Origin: an uncultured archaeon
GTDB taxonomy: Archaea; Asgardarchaeota; Thorarchaeia; Thorarchaeales; Thorarchaeaceae
DNA: 64,000 nucleotides
Reading direction: 5' to 3'
NCBI GenBank assembly: GCA_964458565.1
Contig: CAYWJO010000009.1
Coordinates: forward strand, 21,226-85,225
Part shown: in pieces, positions 59,451-64,000 of the stretch
How positions within the stretch are numbered: position 1 is the first letter of the stretch
How the letters are laid out: the number at the start of each line of letters is the position of its first letter
Notes under the pieces: generated by a model
Database searches by the model: none
What the model saw: the letters and a program-made list of their open reading frames with translations, nothing else
Told to the model about the DNA's origin: nothing
Program-made: the position numbers and the translations under genes

Positions 59451-60695
59451 ATGATTCTTTTGACGAATCAATATGGTATCTCAATTGACCTCGGAACTCA
59501 TAAGATTTCAATACGTTTGGTTGACCTTTTGACAAAAAAGTTTCAGAACCATATCACGATTGATAACCCCCAAAGCAGGTTTGGTATCGATATTGTGAAT
59601 CGTGCAAGATCCACATTGAGTGAAAGTATTGACTTGACTTCGGAATTACATGATTTGCTAAATGAATTGATTCTCCAACTACTACGACATACTCATGTGA
59701 AGAAAAAGGAAATCTCCTCATGCATCTTAGTTGGAAACACAGTGATGCATCACATAATGTTTGGATTACCATTGGCTCCACTTCTCCATGAGCCATATCA
59801 GTCTCCTCATACTGGTTATATTCATGAAACTGGAGGATCTATTGGATTGAACTCAATTTCAGATGTGTCGTGTTATAGTCCTCCACTAATCGGATCGTTT
59901 GTGGGGTCTGATACGATTGCCCTTGGAGTATCCTCTTCAATCTTTTCAACTCAGAAGACTACCCTCGCAATAGATATTGGGGCAAATTCAGAGTTTTTAC
60001 TCGCACATGAAGGAAGGATTGTTAGTACTTCTGCTGCCTCCGGTCCTGCGTTTGAAGGAATGTCTTTGGAATGTGGGACTAGTTCAGTTTCCGGAGCTAT
60101 TGATTCTATCAAACTAGATCTCGGTTCATCAAGAGTGGAGTATAGTACCATTGATTCAAAGAACCCAGTTGGGATATGTGGAACTGGTGCTATTTCTGCA
60201 TTAGCTGAATTTGTACGTAATGGGATTATCACAGAGGATGGATCCTTCAACCGATTGATTGAATCTCCACTACTCTCCCTTGTCGACATTCCACCATATT
60301 TCAACATCACCAAGAACCTGTTCATATCTCAATATGATTTACGCATGTTACAACAATCAAAGTCTGCTATACATGCTGCAATTGACACAATCCTTGATAT
60401 TTCAAAATGTGCTACTGCTGATATCGAGTGTTTAATCCTTGGTGGACAGTTTGGATCTGCACTTAATCTACAGGATGCCATAGATATTGATATGCTGCCT
60501 GATTTTACACATGCATCAGTAAGTAGGAGACCTTATGCAGCAAATGAAGGTGCTGAGGAGATTCTATTCGATCTGGATCTTCGAGAATCAATGGATTCTC
60601 TAATATCCAAAGTTGAATACATTGACTTGATGAATAACGAGCTCTTTGAAAACTACTACATCCAAGCTCTCAAGTATACGCGAGTCAATAGATGA
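59451..60695 (+). CDS. ASKHA-family RACo/DUF4445 corrinoid activator homolog lacking the N-terminal [2Fe-2S] domain
   Basis: IDLGT, NPQ..FG.D, GNTVM.H, FVGSD, DIGANSE, AASGPAFEG, GICGTG, Q.SK.AI. Confidence 0.82.
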   Translation: MILLTNQYGISIDLGTHKISIRLVDLLTKKFQNHITIDNPQSRFGIDIVNRARSTLSESIDLTSELHDLLNELILQLLRHTHVKKKEISSCILVGNTVMHHIMFGLPLAPLLHEPYQSPHTGYIHETGGSIGLNSISDVSCYSPPLIGSFVGSDTIALGVSSSIFSTQKTTLAIDIGANSEFLLAHEGRIVSTSAASGPAFEGMSLECGTSSVSGAIDSIKLDLGSSRVEYSTIDSKNPVGICGTGAISALAEFVRNGIITEDGSFNRLIESPLLSLVDIPPYFNITKNLFISQYDLRMLQQSKSAIHAAIDTILDISKCATADIECLILGGQFGSALNLQDAIDIDMLPDFTHASVSRRPYAANEGAEEILFDLDLRESMDSLISKVEYIDLMNNELFENYYIQALKYTRVNR

Positions 60696-61167
60696 ATTTC
60701 TTTCCTTCGAAATGTTCTCCTTTCCTGATACGCGAAGATGACAGAGGGCGTCCATCATCAGTTCGCACTCTTGGAACAATAATAATATGGAATCTCCGTA
60801 AACCATTCTGCTCTCTCAGATCATTTATTCTAAATGCGTTTTCTACAACGCTTATTTCGTCTGATACTAAAAGAGCATCGAGATCCAACATTGTATCTGC
60901 ACCTCCCTCTACGGTGGTGATTTCAAATAATTCAAATCTGTCACCATTTGTTTCTATCTTTAGAAACTCTTCAAGATCAGACCATCTTTTACTAAAGTCT
61001 TTGATATTTTTGGTTCCTTTTCGTCTGGAAACCATCTCGTCTGAAGTAAGTCCAATGGTAACTTTATCACCAAGCTTTAGAGCTGTTCGTAAGAGATGTT
61101 TATGCCCCTCGTGAAGTCTATCAAACGTGCCTGCGAACACGATCTTCCGATAGGGCAAATCTCCCAC
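60685..61167 (-). CDS. coaD: Phosphopantetheine adenylyltransferase (archaeal/eukaryotic type)
   Basis: GTFDRLHEGH, GLTSD, LLVS.E, IN..R...GL, LSSSRIR. Confidence 0.88.
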   Translation of the reverse strand: MGDLPYRKIVFAGTFDRLHEGHKHLLRTALKLGDKVTIGLTSDEMVSRRKGTKNIKDFSKRWSDLEEFLKIETNGDRFELFEITTVEGGADTMLDLDALLVSDEISVVENAFRINDLREQNGLRRFHIIIVPRVRTDDGRPLSSSRIRKGEHFEGKKFIY

Positions 61168-61170
61168 ATA

Positions 61171-63162
61171 TTACACTTCCTTACTCTCAATAAATCCAAG
61201 TTTTTCTAAATCCTTTACAATCTCGCTAAGAGTGCGGTCTTCGAAATGCCCAAATTGGAAGCAGAGGAGATCGTATATAACGTCCAATAATCTCCACTCT
61301 ACTGCAAGATTGAGAAGTTCATCAATCCTGTCGAATATGTGTTCATCTTTCTCTCTCATCTTCATATATCTGAGTCCTTCTTTACCTAGACCTGTGACCA
61401 AAGCAGATGGAGATAGTGCATGTTTGAATTTTCGTTTGATATCTTTGTTGAATCCAATACCCTCTAAATCAATTTCATCTTCTTTCTTTGGTTCAAGACC
61501 GACTTCAGCGCAAGCTCCTTCGTATGCTTTCCTTGCTACGAGCATTTCAGAAGAGTAAATCATTTCAAGGCTGGTATCAAGGGCCTCTCTCAAACTCTCT
61601 TGTTCCGAAATTAACTTCCATTCCGATTTAGCCACATCTAGAGTCTTTTCTGCTAAGTCATGTGCGTGACGAAGCCATTTCAAAACCCTTGGATAGACTC
61701 TCTCAGGATTACCAATGCATCTTGAAAGTTCCCAGACACCTTTCCTAGATACTTCTTGCATCAAAGAAATTCCTTCATTTCTAACACTCGTCAGTATCAG
61801 TTCTTTGCATGTTTTCTTTGGATATGCTAAAGTGATGGCGGACAATATGGCGATGCGAGTTGCATATCCCATTTGAGTAGAATCCAGTTTGTCAGCTGTA
61901 TCAGTGGATGTGTGATAGAATTTGTCTGGGTCTTGATTTAACATTACAGCTGGAATTCCGACAGTGCCATCAGTGAACATGAAATGATCACTTCCAGCAG
62001 AGTATCGTGTATATCTATAAGACCTCGGAGCAATCGAACCTCCTTCTCTTGGATCACTCTTTCTGGAGGCTTCATTCTCCAACCAATGTGATACAACATT
62101 GTTTAGTGTGGTTGGTAGCGAGAATGGAGTTCTATAGAGTTTCAATGTTGAACCTGATTTACACTGATCTGCACCGACCATGTCTAGATTTATCATCCCA
62201 ATGCATCGATTGAGTATGTCTTTCTCATGTTCGATGAGTTTTATTGTTCCAGACCACTCAGGTCCCCATAGGAAACGAATACCAAATTCTGGTTGATTCA
62301 AATCTCCATTTTTCATCATTGAGGAAATAACTCTCAATGTTTCCAGAAGTGCTCCAGCACCTGATGCGTTATCATTTGCACCTGGATTCGGATGGCAAAT
62401 ATGTGCGAAGAACCAGACTTCTTTGGAGGCGTCTTTTCCTGGGATTAGCGCTGAGAGGACCTCGATCTTACGTACCTCCAGAGATGCATCTATCTTTACC
62501 TTTACTTTCACTGCCTTTCCGGATTCTAGCCATTTCTTTAATCTCAATCCATCTGCCTGAGTTAGTGCGAATCCAAATGTTGACTTTTCAGCCTCTTCCT
62601 TCGTGGGCCAAATAGCATCATATCTTCTCAAGCTTGCTATTTCATCAACTCCCTTTGGAGGCACAAATGTTAGTACACCTGCGGCTCCTTTCTCCATGCA
62701 TGCAATCTGATGTACGTATCTTGCTCTGGACTCTGTAAGTACAATCTTACCAGCAACATCGATGTTCTCGTAGTCTTTGTCTTGAATTCCTTCACCCACA
62801 TAAACTACTTCATACTCTCCTTTTACTGATTTGCTATGAGCAATCAAACTGATTGGTTCTGCTTGGAAATCTGCCAGTATATCATTTTCAGGTTCTATTA
62901 ACTCCAGCCTACCATTATTTGGATTCCACCCCATAGGAGTAATCCATGTTTCTATTGGCGAGGCGCCATCGGCATTATACTCGAATACTTTGAGATTAGC
63001 GTTTGAAACTCGAGATATCTCTTTTTTCGCATATTCAGTTGCTTCGTGAATGCCTGGACTGATCTGTATTCTGTGGAATCTCGAGATTTCGCTCGCATAT
63101 TCCCTGGCTCTGATACCTGAAGTCAGATTAAGTACTCTTTCAACTATTTTCTCTGGGAGCAT
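61171..63162 (-). CDS. M28 family aminopeptidase-like protein with PA domain (DUF4910-like; start moved to ATG 63162)
   Basis: FHRIQ.SPG, AHICHP.PGANDNASG, GPEW.GT, NLDMVG, GSDH, YHTSTD. Confidence 0.85.
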   Translation of the reverse strand: MLPEKIVERVLNLTSGIRAREYASEISRFHRIQISPGIHEATEYAKKEISRVSNANLKVFEYNADGASPIETWITPMGWNPNNGRLELIEPENDILADFQAEPISLIAHSKSVKGEYEVVYVGEGIQDKDYENIDVAGKIVLTESRARYVHQIACMEKGAAGVLTFVPPKGVDEIASLRRYDAIWPTKEEAEKSTFGFALTQADGLRLKKWLESGKAVKVKVKIDASLEVRKIEVLSALIPGKDASKEVWFFAHICHPNPGANDNASGAGALLETLRVISSMMKNGDLNQPEFGIRFLWGPEWSGTIKLIEHEKDILNRCIGMINLDMVGADQCKSGSTLKLYRTPFSLPTTLNNVVSHWLENEASRKSDPREGGSIAPRSYRYTRYSAGSDHFMFTDGTVGIPAVMLNQDPDKFYHTSTDTADKLDSTQMGYATRIAILSAITLAYPKKTCKELILTSVRNEGISLMQEVSRKGVWELSRCIGNPERVYPRVLKWLRHAHDLAEKTLDVAKSEWKLISEQESLREALDTSLEMIYSSEMLVARKAYEGACAEVGLEPKKEDEIDLEGIGFNKDIKRKFKHALSPSALVTGLGKEGLRYMKMREKDEHIFDRIDELLNLAVEWRLLDVIYDLLCFQFGHFEDRTLSEIVKDLEKLGFIESKEV

Positions 63163-63276
63163 TGTCCTCTCTCCGGATATTGACAGAGGAAATACCAACA
63201 TAAGAAATCTGCTACTACGGCCTAAATCAATCAACATCTTATGAATTGATGATGAAACAAGAAATAGAATAGAAAG

Positions 63277-63302
63277 GACTGGTCTAGATTGTCTAGACCG
63301 TC
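63277..63302 (-). terminator. Stem-loop 3' of ferritin
   Basis: GAC(T)GGTCTAGA-TTG-TCTAGACCGTC then CTTTCTATTCTATTTCTTG on the minus strand. Confidence 0.65.
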
Positions 63303-63318
63303 ATTTCTTTTGATATTA

Positions 63319-63813
63319 TTATTCTCCACGTCGACCAAGTTGTGCATTGAGCATGAAAAGAGCATTTGGAGAGTCCCCAATCATTTTCAGTAGGTCTCTT
63401 ACTTTCATTGTCTGCTCTTCTTCTTCAATTTGTTCGTTGTAGAACCAATTCAACATCGGAATTGCGGACATATCGCCCTGATTTGCAGCGACTTCACCAA
63501 TCTTGAAAATACGTTTTGTCACCTTCAATTCATGTTGATATGCATCTTCCCATGCCTCAAGTGGTGATGACCACTCAGTCTTAGGAGCATCAATTGCTTT
63601 GAGTTCCACTTTAGCTCCACGATCTACGACATGTTTCCAAAATCGCATCGCATGCTCGTATTCTTCTTTGGCTTGTACCTTCATCCAATGTGCCATGCCA
63701 TCAAGATTCTCTTTTTCAAACCACGAAGCCATTGCGAGATAGATGTATCCGCTATACAATTCGTAATTGATTTGGTCATTAATTGCATCCTGTAGTTCCT
63801 TACTTATCTCCAT
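63319..63813 (-). CDS. ftnA: Non-heme ferritin
   Basis: QINYELYS..YL.M, EEYEHA, HE..VT, EQIEEE ferroxidase residues. Confidence 0.93.
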   Translation of the reverse strand: MEISKELQDAINDQINYELYSGYIYLAMASWFEKENLDGMAHWMKVQAKEEYEHAMRFWKHVVDRGAKVELKAIDAPKTEWSSPLEAWEDAYQHELKVTKRIFKIGEVAANQGDMSAIPMLNWFYNEQIEEEEQTMKVRDLLKMIGDSPNALFMLNAQLGRRGE

Positions 63814-63973
63814 TTTAATTGCCTCAATAAGTCTTTAAACGGAAGTGGTGCTTCACTATAATTAAGTTTACGGTACGACCTTGGTTTCAAACTAATACCT
63901 GTTATTCGTCCAAAGAATCTTTTTTACTCACCAATTGTATCGATACAGGTCTGAAATCAGGTTAGGTGTTACT

Positions 63974-64000
63974 ATGGCAGCCATCACTATAGAAAATATC
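63974..64000 (+). CDS. Start of an unidentified gene running off the window end
   Basis: AGGTG RBS then ATG GCA GCC ATC ACT ATA GAA AAT ATC (MAAITIENI). Confidence 0.4.

Overview
Gene-dense archaeal chromosomal segment, most consistent with an Asgard archaeon of the Thorarchaeota type. This assignment is inferred from archaeal DNA ligase, S17e, archaeal-type SAM synthetase, AK6/Fap7, a eukaryote-like AsnRS, an LRR protein and C-terminally anchored surface proteins. The housekeeping content is: a korAB-fumC-sdhAB central-metabolism run, a 10 kb heterodisulfide-reductase supercluster (hdrC-hdrB-QmoA-like-QmoB-like-Fd/mvhD-HdrL-type hdrA-hdrC-hdrB), TrpRS, GlyRS, AsnRS and AlaX, HMG-CoA reductase, PPAT, ferritin and two orphan adenine-type DNA methyltransferases. 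Five observations are not explained by that content. (1) A convergent pair of SNAP (NSF-attachment protein)-like solenoid genes, one fused to Ig-like domains. (2) A helical protein resembling the eukaryotic C1orf109/CINP ribosome-biogenesis adaptors. (3) A dispersed YdjI/YdjG-like (Psp-type) SPFH and zinc-ribbon membrane system. (4) Eight bacterial-style stem-loop plus U-tract elements at gene 3' ends, three sharing a sequence core. (5) Several genes broken by in-frame stops or deletions that the ORF track hides. No rRNA, tRNA, CRISPR array or transposase was recognised. All homology calls come from motif reading and memory, not from database searches.
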